Positions 18,179 to 51,300 of a DNA stretch of 64,000 nt are shown one piece after another; position 1 is the first letter of the stretch, and each line of letters begins with the position of its first letter. Under the pieces are notes generated by a model that saw only the letters and a list, made by a program, of their open reading frames with translations, did not search any database and was not told the origin of the DNA. The DNA lies in contig CM075996.1 in the NCBI GenBank assembly GCA_038087875.1, positions 3,164,001-3,228,000 of the forward strand, in the 5' to 3' direction. Origin of the DNA: Malacoraja senta. Its lineage: Eukaryota. The position numbers and the translations under genes were made by a program.

Positions 18179-21100
18179 TGTTATCCAGTTCCCCCAAACA
18201 ATCCAGTTGAGTTTATTGTCACGTGTAGCGAGGTACAGTGAAAAGCATTTTGATGCGTGCTACCCAGTCAGCATAAAGACAACACATGATTACAATCGAA
18301 GATTGACACAAAACGCTGGAGTAACTCAGCGGGTCAAGTAACATCTCTGGAGAGAAGGAATAAGTGACGTTTCCGGTCGAGATCCTTCATCAGACTAATT
18401 ACCGAAATAGGCCCCTAAGTCCAAATCGTCTGTGCCGACCACTACATCTTCCTGCCTGCATATCACACATTATAGGAGCCATTAAGCTCAAGTCAGTATA
18501 TTATAGCCATGTCTAATATTTTTAGTTTTTATCTGTGTGTACTTTTGTAGGTGGGATTTGATAGGTAGAGGGATGTATCTACTTTGGAGGAGACTAGTGC
18601 AGACTCATAGATGTGAGTTTTAGTAGTTTAGCCTCAAGGGACGATCTCACGAGACGCCACACTCTAATAAGAAGACACTCTTATATGATATATATGCCAC
18701 GAATGGAACAGCTATTGAGAACGAAAAGTTATGGTTATTTCTTTGTTATGTATTACTCCAATAAAGACCAGTTAATCAAGAAGCGACGTCTGGAGGATTC
18801 GTTTTTGCTATCATAGGAGTGCAGTGAGTGCATAAGCTATAGCTCCATGACATTCCCGAGAAATAATGGCTATCGAAGCTGGACTTTGAGAACATGCCAT
18901 TACACAATTATTTCCCTCACGCTTTACTCTCCACGACTCTGTCCAAATATGTTAACGAATAGCTGGCTTCAGTATTTATAATCGGGGGGAAATTGCAGAA
19001 CTTTAGAACATATGACAATACATCAACAGGCCCTTCGACCCACAACGTCTGTGCTAAAACATGCCACGATACAAACATCCTCTGCCTGTACATGGTCCAT
19101 ATTCCTCCATTCCCTGACTGTATGCATGCGCCTTTCCAAAAGCCTCTTTAACACCCCCTACTATGGTATCTGAAAATCAGTCGTATTCCATAACTGGCCT
19201 TGGAGGTTGTTGCTACAATAGCCACAGGAAGGCAGAAGCTAAAGAGAAGTAAAGGATTTCAACAAACAGCAACCAGAAAGCAAAACTGTGGAGGTTAGAA
19301 CCACATATGGAAGGTGTGTTTTCATATGCATGGCAACATTCTGGAAGAAGCAAGATTTTTAGATAACTTAATAATTCATAGGAGCAGAATTAGGCCATTC
19401 AGCCCATCAAGTCCACTCCACCATTCAATCATGGCTGATCTATCTTTCCCTCTCAACCCCATTCGCCTGCCTTCTCCCCATAACCCCTCGACAGTCGTAC
19501 TAATCGTCTTTCAAGGCGCTCTTGAAAAAAACCTTTGCGAATTCCTGTTGTACCAATTGTCGAAAGTATATAGACACAAAATGCTGGAGTAACTCAGCGG
19601 GACAGGCAGCATCTCTGGAGAGAAGGAATGGGTGACGATACGGTTCGAGACCCTTCTTCAGACTGATGTCAGGGGAGAGGGAAGTACAGATAAGAAATTG
19701 TAAGGTGTGAAATCTGGCGTCACAGAGTCAGAGGAATCACAGAAGGGGAACAGCAAGAGAGGGTGTTGCAGAAATCTCGTCAGAGAACTTCGTCAAAGTA
19801 GGCATAACTTGAAGCGATTTCGCAGTGGAACAGATGAAAATGTTTAGGAAGTATATATTCAAGTACACTGAGTGTTTGAGGGTGCAGTCAAACAAGCTGC
19901 TCTCCTTCACATAAAAAACAAACTCCAGTTAATGTGAGTGAAAAGTTGAGTGTCAGGAACGCCTTGCCTACTACCATGCTCAATAGACCGGGTGCCTTGA
20001 TCTGATGAGTTTTCGATCAAATACAAAGCTTTCACCCCAGCGAGGAAGGAGCAAGCAGGACTGAGCAGTAGTAAATAGCAGTGAAATCCAACACTTGTCA
20101 GACTATCACCACATGGAACTTGTGACAGAATTTTTTTGCCACTCATCAGCTCCAACCAAAGTGATGTCTGCAAGGAGACACAAAATGCTGGAGTAACTTG
20201 GCGGGTAAGGCAGTACCTCTGGAAAATAGGAGTACAGTCGAGACCCTTCTGCAGACTGAGCCAGGGAAAAGGGAAACGAGAGATATAGACGGTGACATAG
20301 AGACACGTAAAACAAGTGGATGAAAGATATGCAAAAAATAGCGATGATCAAGGAAAGGGAGACCCGGGAATGGTCCATTGTTTGGCTGTGGGCTCGGTGA
20401 TAACAAGTTATACAATGAAGCTCGAAGGTAGACACAATTGCTGGAGAAACTCAGCGGGTACTGCAGCATCTATGGAGCGAAGGAAATAGGCAACGTTTCA
20501 GCCTTGAAACGTTGCCTATTCCCTTCGCTCCATAGATGCTGCCTCACCCGCTGAGTATCTCCAGCAATTTTGTCTACCTTCGATTTTCCAGCATCTGCAG
20601 TTCCTTCTTGAACAGACAATGAAGCTCAGCAGGACGACAGTGAAACTAGATGACTGTGACGACTAAGGTAGATGAGGGATGGAGAGGGAGGATACAAGGG
20701 TCACAAAATTAGATAAATCAATATGCATACCGCTGGGTTGTAACGGAGCTTGGTCAGGTGGTTTGATGAGGGATTAGATTCCCTCACTGCATCTCCACAA
20801 GGTCCAGCAGAGGTTTCAGTGAATCTGGGGACAAGGCATACCTTATAATGGCCTGCTGTGCCCCCAATTCTGGTCGATTGTTTTTAACAAGTGATGAAGC
20901 AGTGTGCACGTCAGATGAAGCAAACTTCACCTGCTCTTCCAGAAAGTTCTGCAGCAAGCAGGTAGCTCCAGACACACAAGCTTTAATCATCTCAACTGTT
21001 AACTTGGTGAAATGGAGCATTGCGTGGGCACTCTTACCGTGACTGATGGAATCCTGAATTAGATCAGGAGCCCACGGTTTCTTACCCCCCCCCCCCCTCC

Positions 21101-21259
21101 CCTCCCAAGCCCAACTGTTTCTACCATTCCATGACTCCATGTATTGGCCACATGGCAAAGCCATTAGCCATCAGGTAAACCCATCACCTCAGCAATGTCG
21201 ATCAGTTACTGTAGAGTGGAAATAACATGTTATGCACGCAATAATTCATAAACGACCAG

Positions 21260-24200
21260 TAAAACTCTGTACTTTTTGCTTTTTAATTTCTTTTCTAAAC
21301 ACAAATACATTAACAAACAGCATACAAACAGAGGTATCAGTGATTGAAATGGTGTGTGCTGCAATGGTACATGGTGCTCAGAGGCGATTTAAGCCCCAGT
21401 GGAATGATTTCTTCACGTTTAAACTTTCCATTCATTAGAAATTTATTTTTAAACAAGCGCATTTTCTTGCTGTTCCAGCCGCTTTTTCAATATTACAATT
21501 TCACTTTTTTTTCTCCTTTTCGGGAAGCAAGAGATAAGGAGAGCAAACATGGCCCGTTGTAGTGTGCCTGGGAAGGTGGCAGATTCTATGTCAGTAATGT
21601 CGCACAAGTCACCATATTACATTACAGAATTGTACACATTTCTGAAAGTGTTCTCTCGAAAACAAGCAATGACCTGGATAAAGAGCTAACCCAGCAATTT
21701 AAAAAAAAAACATGCCCCCAATTCTGTTTCTGTTTTAACAAATGAAGCAGTGTGCACGTCTGATTAAGATATCTGCTGAAGCAAACTGGGCCTGCTTTTT
21801 CAGATGCATCTGTGTGCTAAGACTAATACAGCCTTACATCACACAAGGCAATAAATGCCCACCCAAGTGTAAGAATGCAGTGATCACCAATTGCTCAAAT
21901 AGTTTTCGTATTAAACATGGGATTCCACCTGCACATCAATGGACCCATATTTAAAATTACAGATGAAAACCACCTCAGATATTAGGCCAAACATGATACA
22001 TTAGTACTTTGCCAGGTTTCTAAAAACTATTATCAAGATGTCAATTAAATGCAGCATCTCATGTTGTAGAACTGAAACAAATCAAAGCAGGTTAGCGGCC
22101 ACTTCGCCTCGACTAGTGCGGATCAGATGATAAAGACACACCTGTCATGCCATACTGAGTGCAGATCTATGTAGCAAAGAGCTACGAGGAAATGAAGCAC
22201 CCAGGTATAAACCTACATTTTAATTAAAATTTAGAAGTTCAGGCAGCTACATAACTCTATAAAATCCTATTACAGACTCGGAATTCTGTTCTTCATTTTT
22301 ATTTAGATGTCTTTACACCAAGAGTTGGTTCTTGCTGTAAAACGTAAACCAAATAGAATGACATAGCTCAAGAACTCGATTAAAATACCACTTATTCCAC
22401 TTTAAAAAGATGCAAAAAAACAACAAAAACAAGCAAATAGGGAATGCAAGGACATGTTTTTATAGTTTAATTAAACATTTCACAACACCTTGAGCACATT
22501 AAAGGACCAAAGATGTGCTGGTAATACAATTACCAGTTTCACGGTTGTTTGGTTTTGTAATATGATGAGATGGTGACGTACTCAAGACAGAGAAACAGAC
22601 CAGGAATCCCAACCACACGTGGCCATGCAAGAGGCAACCATTACAACCATCGATATATATATTTTTTTGATTTTGTTTCTTTTCCCAGGGAGGCAAGGTT
22701 GGGGGACATTAAAATCAGCACGTATTCTGAAGACCTGCCAATTCCATACTCAAAATCCAATGGACTGTGAAAAAAAAAAGATATAAAAGTATTGTACAAG
22801 TTTACAACACTCCCCTGGAATACTGGCTGAAATTTTTTTTTAGTTTTTTTTTTGTTGCTTTATCCATCAAAAAATATAAACAAAGAAATGGATGCACCAG
22901 TATTCCAAGGGAGTTTTTCTTCTTTTTCAAAATTTCTTTAGCAAGTGCCTGTTCTGGGTCAATTAAGGAAGTTCACTGCAAGTTAAATGTTATCAATGCA
23001 GAGATAAAGTGGGCCCTGGTGATTAGCCCTCATTCTCCAAAAGCCATTTTATTTTTATTTTTTTAAAAGATCCCCTTAAATTTCAAACACAATATTATAG
23101 GTAAATTGCAACCTTCTGGAATTTCCAACTGAAGATGCCCCATAAATACACTTTAAAAAAAAAGCGCTCAAGTTCCCTTTTCTTTCATGCAATCAGCATG
23201 TTCAAATTTACACCACAAAATTTCACTTCTTGGCTCTGTACATGTGAGTGGACTACTGTGCCAAATTATTACACATCTGACCAGCATCAAAGAGAGAACA
23301 TCCTTAACTCGCGATTCCACAGGTTCACGAGGCAATCAGCTGCTCGAAACTGGACTGTGGAAAGAAACACGTTGCTGGCTGAAATCTAAGGAAACAGCAA
23401 AGCCTTTGTGATGAACGTCACTTTTTTTTTTTTTTACATACATTACTTGATGCTCAGCACTGTACAAAATTAAAAAAAAAACTTACGCAAAAAAAAGGAT
23501 ATAACACTGGTGACCGTGGTCAGTGTGAAATGCCCGTTAGACCCGTCCAAAGTATTTGTGAATAGAAGTGACATTTTGTTTTCCAATGGGCACTTGCTTC
23601 CCATCAAGTTTCAAGGACACCTTTGGAACTCAAGTCACGCTGCCGCAGTGGTCTAATTCACAATTTCAAAATATGAAAGGAGATACCCAATAATTTCAGC
23701 AAGCCAAACACACAAGACATTGCATTATCACTTAACTCTCACATTGGTAAAATAATAGTACCAACAAAATCAGAAACCAATGCTTCCTATGGAATGTATA
23801 CAAAGAAAACACGAGGAGCATGGGACGACTTGGGAGAGATAATTGCATTGATACGAATGGAATTTAAACTGTATCCTTTGGCTCAGGGCACTCATACCAC
23901 ACATCAAGGAATTAAAATGAAAGTCTGGACATCCTTATGTTTATTACCACACAATCGGGGGCTTGTTCCATCCTAGAAGCACTCTCCCGAATAGTATTCT
24001 CCATCCAGGTTCATTTCACGCAAAGGGTGGACCAACTCACTCCCCGTCTAGTGAAGCGCTTGATGCACAATGGAACAAAGTCACATGTCAGGGCACCTAG
24101 CACGACGATAGCTGTGGGCGATTCTGGATTTCCTTAACCAACACGCAACGCTGCACCAATTCACCCCTAAGATACAGCGGCAACAGGTGCATTCAACCGA

Positions 24201-26599
24201 TGTAATGTTTGACAAGGGGCAAACTCTCGCTGAGAGCCAACGTTCACGGAACAGTCCCTAACTTCATTTACATGCCTGCCGTGTCAGATATAGGACAGAA
24301 AGTGCTGTCAATGGGATTTGGGGGGGGGGGGGGGGGGGGGGGGGGAGGGGAAGATTACGCAAATCCTTTTCAAAACCAGAGGCAGTATCAGAACGAAACA
24401 GCAGCATCATGCTCCTTGCTACAAAGGTTGCAATTTTACTGGCCTTTCCAGCAACACACTTACCCAGAGAATGACTCCCCTCCCCCCCCTCCTCAAATCA
24501 AAATACTAACTTGCAGAAATGGTCTCCCAGCAAACCAGATAAAGCCACCCAAAACGTAAAAACAACAATTACACCATGCTATCTTTAATAACTGAGCCAG
24601 ATCGCAGATTAATTATTAATCTGAATATCAGAGGGCTTTAGAACACAGACCTTGAGGTCATGGTGCATAAAGCTGGATGGAAATCAGGCGACCCAACTGA
24701 TAGACACAAGCCCGAAAGGCACCAAACAACAGGAGCTCTCGAACTGACTCACCCAAATGATCTGATTTTCTAAACCAGCACCGAGAGTTGGATTTTACGC
24801 AATTCCTGGATGCAACACAATTCACAAAATTCTTCATCCCAGTTTCCCAATCCTTCCTGAAAATTACAAATTCTATTCTCTCGAATCAAACACCAGAATA
24901 ATGCTGCACAGTAAAGACCCACCGTCACTCTGAACAGAAACGCAATGGGAAGGATTGGGACCCGTCATTGTCTCTGCATGCCAAACTAACACCTGGTTCA
25001 ATCCAAAAAACTCTCATGAAGTGTGTTATGAGAACAGCCACATCCAATTAAATTGTAACTAGATACATTAAAAAAAAAAATTAAAAAAAACCCTTGCAGT
25101 AGTTGCAGGGGAAGATAGTTATAACTGCTTAAAACGATTATTGTGGAATTCTCTCACTACTAATACATGAAAAAACAAGAACAGATGCAAAATCCCTTCT
25201 TCCAAGTGAAATACAAAAGTCTAGATTCCAATCTTCAACATGCACTTTTCTACATGGTTGGCCTTTTTCTCTAAAAATCCCTGCTTTACACTTAAAAAAC
25301 TCTTCGCATAGCCACTAAACTGCACTAAGATGGCACATGGTATCTTTATTCCTTTCTTTTTGTTTATTCCAGACCTTTGTTTAAAACTGTGGCACATGCG
25401 CTTACACTTTCCAGACAGGAGGTCAGAATAACATTAATCCAAACTATTCCAAAGAAGCACAGGGACGAAATCTAAAGCAAAGACAAAACATGAGGCGCCA
25501 AGAGTGCACCCATGCAGGGAGCTGTGGTCAAAACAATTCACATGTGCCAAACTACCACATTTAAGAAGAAGAAACAAATTTTGTTTGAGGTTATAAGCCA
25601 ATACACCACACAGCAGCTGGGTGCATATACTGAGCTTCTCTTACTGAGTACCAAAAATGAACTGCTCAGAAAAAAAGCAACACAAAGTGCTGGATTAACT
25701 CAGCGGGTTAGGCAGCATCTCTGGGCGGGTGTGGGAGAGGTGATGTTTCAGGTTGGGATCTTTCTGCTGACGTCTGAAACGTCGCCTATTCAGGTCCTCC
25801 AGAGATGCTGCCTGACCCGCTGGGTTACTCCAGCACTTTGTGTGTGTTTTAATAAACCAGCATCTGCAGCCCCTTGCACCTACAATGAACCGTTCAGGTT
25901 AACTCACGTTCTTTCAAAGAAATCAGCAAACAGTGATGTTTTTAAAAAGGGCAATGTCCCACAATCACGTTCGGGCTGGGATGGGATGTGTTTTGGAGAA
26001 TGGGTATATAGAAAGAACATTTTATTAACAGCTTATTTTTTAAAAATACACCATTTATTACAGGAGTCAAGTCTCTTTTAAAGGGCCACTGTGGATTTAA
26101 GATAGCCTTGGCATTAAGAGCAAAATGCAGATCATGGTATGCAAACAGATGTAATAGTTCTCACTTTCTTCTAGGAAAATCTTCCTCTCGATGAATAGTC
26201 CTGAAAGCTTGACAACTTAGAGATGCTTAGAAAGAGGCCTGGAAACCACACAGTTGAAAGCTGAAAAAAACCCAACTGCATTTTTTCTAGTCAGCCAACA
26301 TTAAATAGGAGCCTGAACTTCTGGCTATACTGAAAGCCAATCAACCCATCGAGCATTAGGGCTATTTCCTTAAATATAAATTAAACATTTTAATACAGCC
26401 GCCACTGAAACACAGCACGTTTCGTGCCGAGATGATTTGCCTCTTTTTTTTTTAATGAACTGGAACTGTCCAAGTAATGATGCATTTATTTCCCCCAGAG
26501 ATTCCCAATTGCTTGTAACAGGAACTTGCTAAATGTGAATAGCGTGCCTTCTTTTCTTAGCCGACAGTCAGAAATCCATATCCTGTTGTTGCTTGGTTT
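21260..26599 (-). other. Putative long 3'UTR of UBE2I (about 5 kb)
   Basis: Follows the stop codon, is A/T-tract rich and almost free of repeats compared with the flanks. Candidate minus-strand poly(A) signals lie near 21282-21287 (ATTAAA) and 21442-21447 (AATAAA). The end point is inferred. Confidence 0.5.
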
Positions 26600-45364
<18,765 letters not shown>

Positions 45365-48300
45365 TCAACAGTCCCCTGAAAAATAATTATCCATGGTTTA
45401 CATGAATCAGTTGTTTTTATTTTAGCCTGCCTAGTTTTCACCTTGAGATTTAAGGAAAGCACACAGTGAGTGGAAGAACATTTTAAATACCTACTCTGAA
45501 GTCTGAGGGGGGAGTTTTGGGGGGGGTGGGGTGGTAAAAATACATTTTGTTCTTCCAAACATAATCCGGTGAATAATGCTTGCATTCTCTCACTGATATT
45601 GGTTGTGGGAGACTTTGAGTAAGTGATAAATTATAATAAACGGAACACAAATGAGAGTGCATTTTATTAAACAATCACTTCTATCGCAGCTCACAGATAA
45701 ATTTGTGCCCCCCCCCCCTCCCGACATAATAAAAAAAATCCTAATGAAAAACATGAACGAGAAAAAAAAGAAGCAATATTGAACAAAACTCTGAAGCAGC
45801 ACATAAGTTAAAAGAATGATAAGAGAGCTCATATGGAACTACATATCCGGATATGGTACTCTGACGAGGGAAAGCCCTGGAGACTCCTCCAAAATAGTGG
45901 AGAAATATCCATTGCCTAAAGCACCTCAATGTCACAAGAGCACGGGTGTCACCTCAGGCCACTCAGACAGATGAAAAGGTTCTGATGAAAGATCATCGAG
46001 CCGACATGTTAACTCTTGTTTCTCTCTCCATAGATGCTGATCGACCTGCTGAACATTTCCAGCGTTTTCTGCTTTTATTTCAGATAGGCTTGACATTTTC
46101 CACAGCAGAAACAAAGCAAAAAGCCACTGGGGACTCCAAAAGTAGAAGGAACGAAAACACATCACTACAACTTGAGATTCAGAATCATGATTATCTAATC
46201 TGCCACTTGTTTTTGCAACAGTTTGAAACAAGTTTCATTCAAATTTCACTGCTCTCCCTGGGACATACCGCTCAATAACATTTTGTATTTATGCAGCAAT
46301 CTTCACATGGTGAAACATTCCAAACTGCTTTACAGAAGCACCGACAACATTTGACACTGAGCCTCAAGAGATGATAGAATAGTTGACTAAAATCTTGGTC
46401 AAAGAGATAGAACCTAAAGAGCATCTTGGGGAGGCGAAAGCCTGAGAAGTTATGGATTGAATCGTGCACCTAAATAGCAGTAGGTAAATCATCAGTGGCA
46501 AATTAAGGAAAACCAGAAATACTGCAGAGTCTGGATTTGGAAGAATACAGAGAGATTTCACAGGGCTGCAGTGCTAGAAAAGAATAAGGGTAATATGAAA
46601 GGTACAAACAAGGAACTTGCAAGCCAAGGATGAGGAAAAACAAACAATAATTGCCAGATCACAACGTTTAAATATTCAGTTTCCAAAGCTGGCCCATCAT
46701 AAGAAGAAAAATTCTAAAGCAGTGGTGCCCAACCCAGGTTGTAAAAACTCCTTAGCAGTAGGCGAGGTGTCGTTAAAAATAAAATGGGCAGCAGGAGACT
46801 TTTATAATGTCTTTTATAATAGTAAAAATATACTTTGTATGCTAACTACCCTGATGATCGATCGCTACCAATCTCCAAACATCCCCAAAATCCCCAAGTA
46901 CCTAAGGCAACATCAAGGGGTAATTTTTTATCCACGTTTGAATAGGTATAGCTGTCATTCAAAATGATTGCAAAACACTGGTCCAAGTCATCTCTTTCTG
47001 CTGATGTGAAACCTTCTTGAGGCATAACCATATTTCCAAAATAGGATGAACAAGGGGCCATTAAGTTATGAATGATAGAGATTAATTAAAAAACTACATT
47101 TCTTCTATTCATAATTTATACACAAGCTCTGACACAATTAAAAATTCTGGAGATTTAATTATGAGGTTTAGTTCTGGATTTAACTGCAGCCAGAAGCATC
47201 AAAAATCTGTACTGTAAACCAAAATCAAACAAAGACCTCGCTTAAAAATAATTTATCAGAGGATGAGCATCCAAATTTACCAATAATGGCAATCCAAAAT
47301 TTCTGCTACTGTACTGAAAGACAGCTTGTCGAAATGCAAAATAAATGTACTGGGTCCAACACATCAGGCAACATCAATAAGCTAGTGGTATCATTCATGA
47401 CACAGGCTGTGAAGCCCATACAAAGATTCTCCATTTTCAAATACAGTAGGCAGCACTGCAGTAAACATCGATGTCCTTTTTCTAGGGTAAGTTTACCCTA
47501 ATGCAGCCCACTAATTGGAGATTCACGACGCAGGAATTGGTGATTCGGTTCCTCAAGCTAGTTGTTGTTCCATTAAAAGCGTGTTGAATTCTTCCTCTGC
47601 ATTTTTTCATTCATTCTTGTTCTTGCACCATGGAATCATAAGGCATAGAAAAACACCCTTTGGCCCACCATATCCATGCCGACCACTGTCCTAGTCCTAC
47701 ATCTATGGTTGGTACATAGTTTTCAACAGACTGGTGATTCAAGTGTTTCTCAAGAGTGCCTACCACCATAACCATGACGTCCGGCATTTCCCCCCTCAGA
47801 TCTCTACTAAACCTCCTCTCTCTCTCCCCCCCTCCCTCCTCGTAAACATACTTTTATGTTTTAGACACGTCCCATCAAAGGAATAAGATTGTTACTGTCT
47901 ACTCTCTCTATCCCTCTCAAATTCAGGTTACCCTTCAATCTCCTCCATTCCAGGGAAAACAAACCAAGCCTTTCCACACTCTTTCACAGAAATGCACCAA
48001 TCTGCAACAGCTTGGCAAGTCTCCTTTGCATCCTCTCCAGCTCAATCACTTCCTTCCTATAGTGTAACAAACAGCACTGCATAGAATATTCCACGTGTGC
48101 CCCAAACAAATGATTCGTAAAGTTATAATGTGATATTGCTTCTCTTCTATTTCATGCCACAGTTGGTGAAAGCAGAGATCCGATGGACCTTCTTCAATGC
48201 CATATCTACTTCTGCTGCTTCGTTCATGGATCTGTGGGTGTAGCTGCTTTGTTAGGGCCATATAATTTCCTGACTTACCCTTATTTAACCTTCCAAAACA

Positions 48301-51300
48301 CATCACTTTGCACTTGTCAGGAATAAATTCCATCTGTCATAACCCCATCCAACTTTTAGCTGATCAATATCATGTTGTCGCCCTCATTATCAACATAACA
48401 GTTTTGACTAAATTTCAGCAACACTGACTCTTAAAAACATTACCACAGTGAAGGCATCTTAGCAACAATGAGACTGAAGGAACCCGACCCAATACGCCAC
48501 CTATGCATGTTCTCCAGAGATGCTGCCTGAGCCACTGAGTTACTCCAGTATTTTGTAAACCAGCATCTGCAGTTCCTTGCATCTCCTTGGCAATGGCATA
48601 CAAGACTCTAAATATGTCACTTTGCTGTCCACAACAAGCAATTCATACATCTACCACCGATGAATTTCTGGGTAAAAATAAATCTTCAGAGACCACTGTC
48701 AACTAAATGAAGTTGCCTGTGTTTACAAGGCTCAACAGATCCATTCTTTACATGGACTTCTTTAACCTTAATATGGTTACAACAGTTGCATTCATGAAAA
48801 ATCTTTAAAATCATGATAGGTTTAGTGTCAATAAGTCTTAAAATAGAAGTAATATACTACCAAGTAAAATTAAAGAGTTACAAATAGCTACAGGGCCAGA
48901 GATTTCCTCAGAGGCATGAATTTAAAAAAAAAAATCCTGTAATTGACTATCGGTTTCCTCCAACTTTTAGGGAATTTAAATGAGAATACGGATCTAGATT
49001 ACAACATTTAATTAGTAGACTAACCAGGATTAGTTCTAATAGTCTCTCTAAGGGGTATGGGGAAAAGGCAGACACATGTTACTGATTGTGGTTGATCAGC
49101 CATGATCACAATGAATGCCGGTGCTGGCTCGAAGGGCCGAATGGTCTCCTCCTGCACCTATTTTCTAAATGTTACATGCATCTTTGTCTCAAGGACAGCA
49201 AGCCAAGTACAATTAATAGTATAACTGCTGGAAACATCGCACTTTTGCTTTCTTATTATTTTTCACATACAAAAGGACATATTTTTAGGGCATATTATTT
49301 AACATTTGCTCTTTTTACATTTTGAGACAATTGGTTGGTGTCGACCCGAAACATCACCCATTGGTTCTCTCCAGAGATGGTGCCTGTCCCGCTGAGTTAC
49401 TCCAGCATTTTGTGTCTACCTAACATTTGCTCAGCTACCTTAATGACAAAACAAGCTTGATATTCCTATGGAACAAAGTCTGAATGATTTATTTCTTTAC
49501 TTCCAAGAAACAGTATCAATGTTCAGCCGATTGTGTAAAGCCTACTCCCAAGTCTCAATTTGCAATACACCATCATATGAGCCTTTGGTAGTCATATTCA
49601 TCCTAAAATGAGATTTCATCCTTGCATCCAAATTACTATCAGACATTACTCTCTTCTCAATCTCTACAGCAGCCCCATCTCTGAGACTTGTTTCAGCCCC
49701 ATTGCTAAATCCAACACAGATTTATTACCCAGATCTCAGCGTCAATATTCTTCCAGATGACCTCAAGTTCTCTCACTGCAACCAATTAGGAATATCACTG
49801 TCCGTGTTACTTCTGCACGCCCATCCTCCAAATCTTACTGGAGCTCTTTAGTTCTTGAAGGCTCAATAAATTAAATTCTGGTTATTGAATGGCATCTTGC
49901 GTTTTGTTTGCCCTACCCATCCTAAGCAATTTCGTCAGCCATCCGTCTTCAAATATACCCTCCACCCGAATATATAATTCCGCCTACTTTTGTTTTTTCA
50001 TCCAATAATTCCCTCATGATACCATCTTACATCTGATTATGGTGTTTCCACAGGCCATTCCAAAACTGTCTCAATAGTGGTTTAGTCTATGAAATTGTAA
50101 TTAGAGAGCAGGAATCGGAGATGATTTACATTTCTGAAACCTACACTTGAAGATTACAGCCGATGTCAGTCAAGACATCTATTAACGCGACGCACAGGGT
50201 TAGTATGACTCCAGTGCACTGGCCAATTGCAAATCAACATATTCAGACAACAAGATAGGTAGAAATAAATGCCTTAATGCAAGAATAACTGCCCGTTGGC
50301 ACTTGAATTTCGCCATGTTTTATGTCAGTGTGCCTAAACATGGTGATTTATGAGTTGAGAGAACAGAGTGTTCCTGCTTCAAGAAGCATTGCCAGCTGAA
50401 AAATGCTAAAATTATCTGCGGACATTCACACAGACAAAGATATTCAATTCCTAAAAAGGAATTAAAGGAGTGACTGGTTTGTAATTGCTTTAGGTTGGAG
50501 TGTACTTTTCTATTATCAGTTTATTTTAACATAGGATGGAAAGATTTATTGGGTGTTCATAAATGCAATTAGTAATTGGTACTACTTGTTATTAACTACC
50601 AAACACTAAGCAAGTCTTCCCAGATGCATTTCCCGAGTGTAACTAGTAGCCAACTTCATACTGAATTTTAGAAATTCGCTACTCAGGAGACCCTTCAGCC
50701 CAATACGTCTAAGCTAGAGAGCAATAGTTACGTGAATAAACCAATACCTTCTTAGCCTCAATGCATTTCTTAAGTGTCTCTTCCATTGTTCAGCTAATGA
50801 GCTTCAGATAACTTCTGGATTAAATTTTCCACAGCATCTCTATCTTCACAAAAAAATCTTCTACAACTACTTTAAATGTCCCCAAGTAATTGAACCAAGG
50901 AAAGAGACATTCAAATCGACTCCAAGCCCCTCAATTTTACATTAAATCTTCTGTCCAATGTTCCAAAGAAAACCAATCCAATTTAGTCAATCCAAGTGGT
51001 CATCAATTCTCTATCATCCTCACAAATCTGAACAGAGAAAAAACCTTTTCATTCATTTGTAACCCAAAATGTCCTCCTTACCCCATGACACATACCAAGG
51101 CAACAACAAAATGCAAAATCTTCTCTTATGGTGATCTGCTAACCAGATTGAGATTACAATTTTCACTAAGAAAATAGCTTTAGGTGGATAAAACTACCAT
51201 ATTACGTGCCTCAAGGTTTTTCCAGACGGACTATTTGACTATATAAAATGATTCATTGATATCGGATATCCGCTGGAATATGTAAAAACAATAAATTTGA

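Noticed and set aside
20891..20943. Possible C/D-box snoRNA (GTGATGA)
   Set aside because: No properly placed D box or terminal stem, and the second copy lacks the C box.
25512..26081. 189-aa plus-strand ORF
   Set aside because: Crosses a Penelope-derived repeat antisense to the UBE2I 3'UTR; no recognisable domain.
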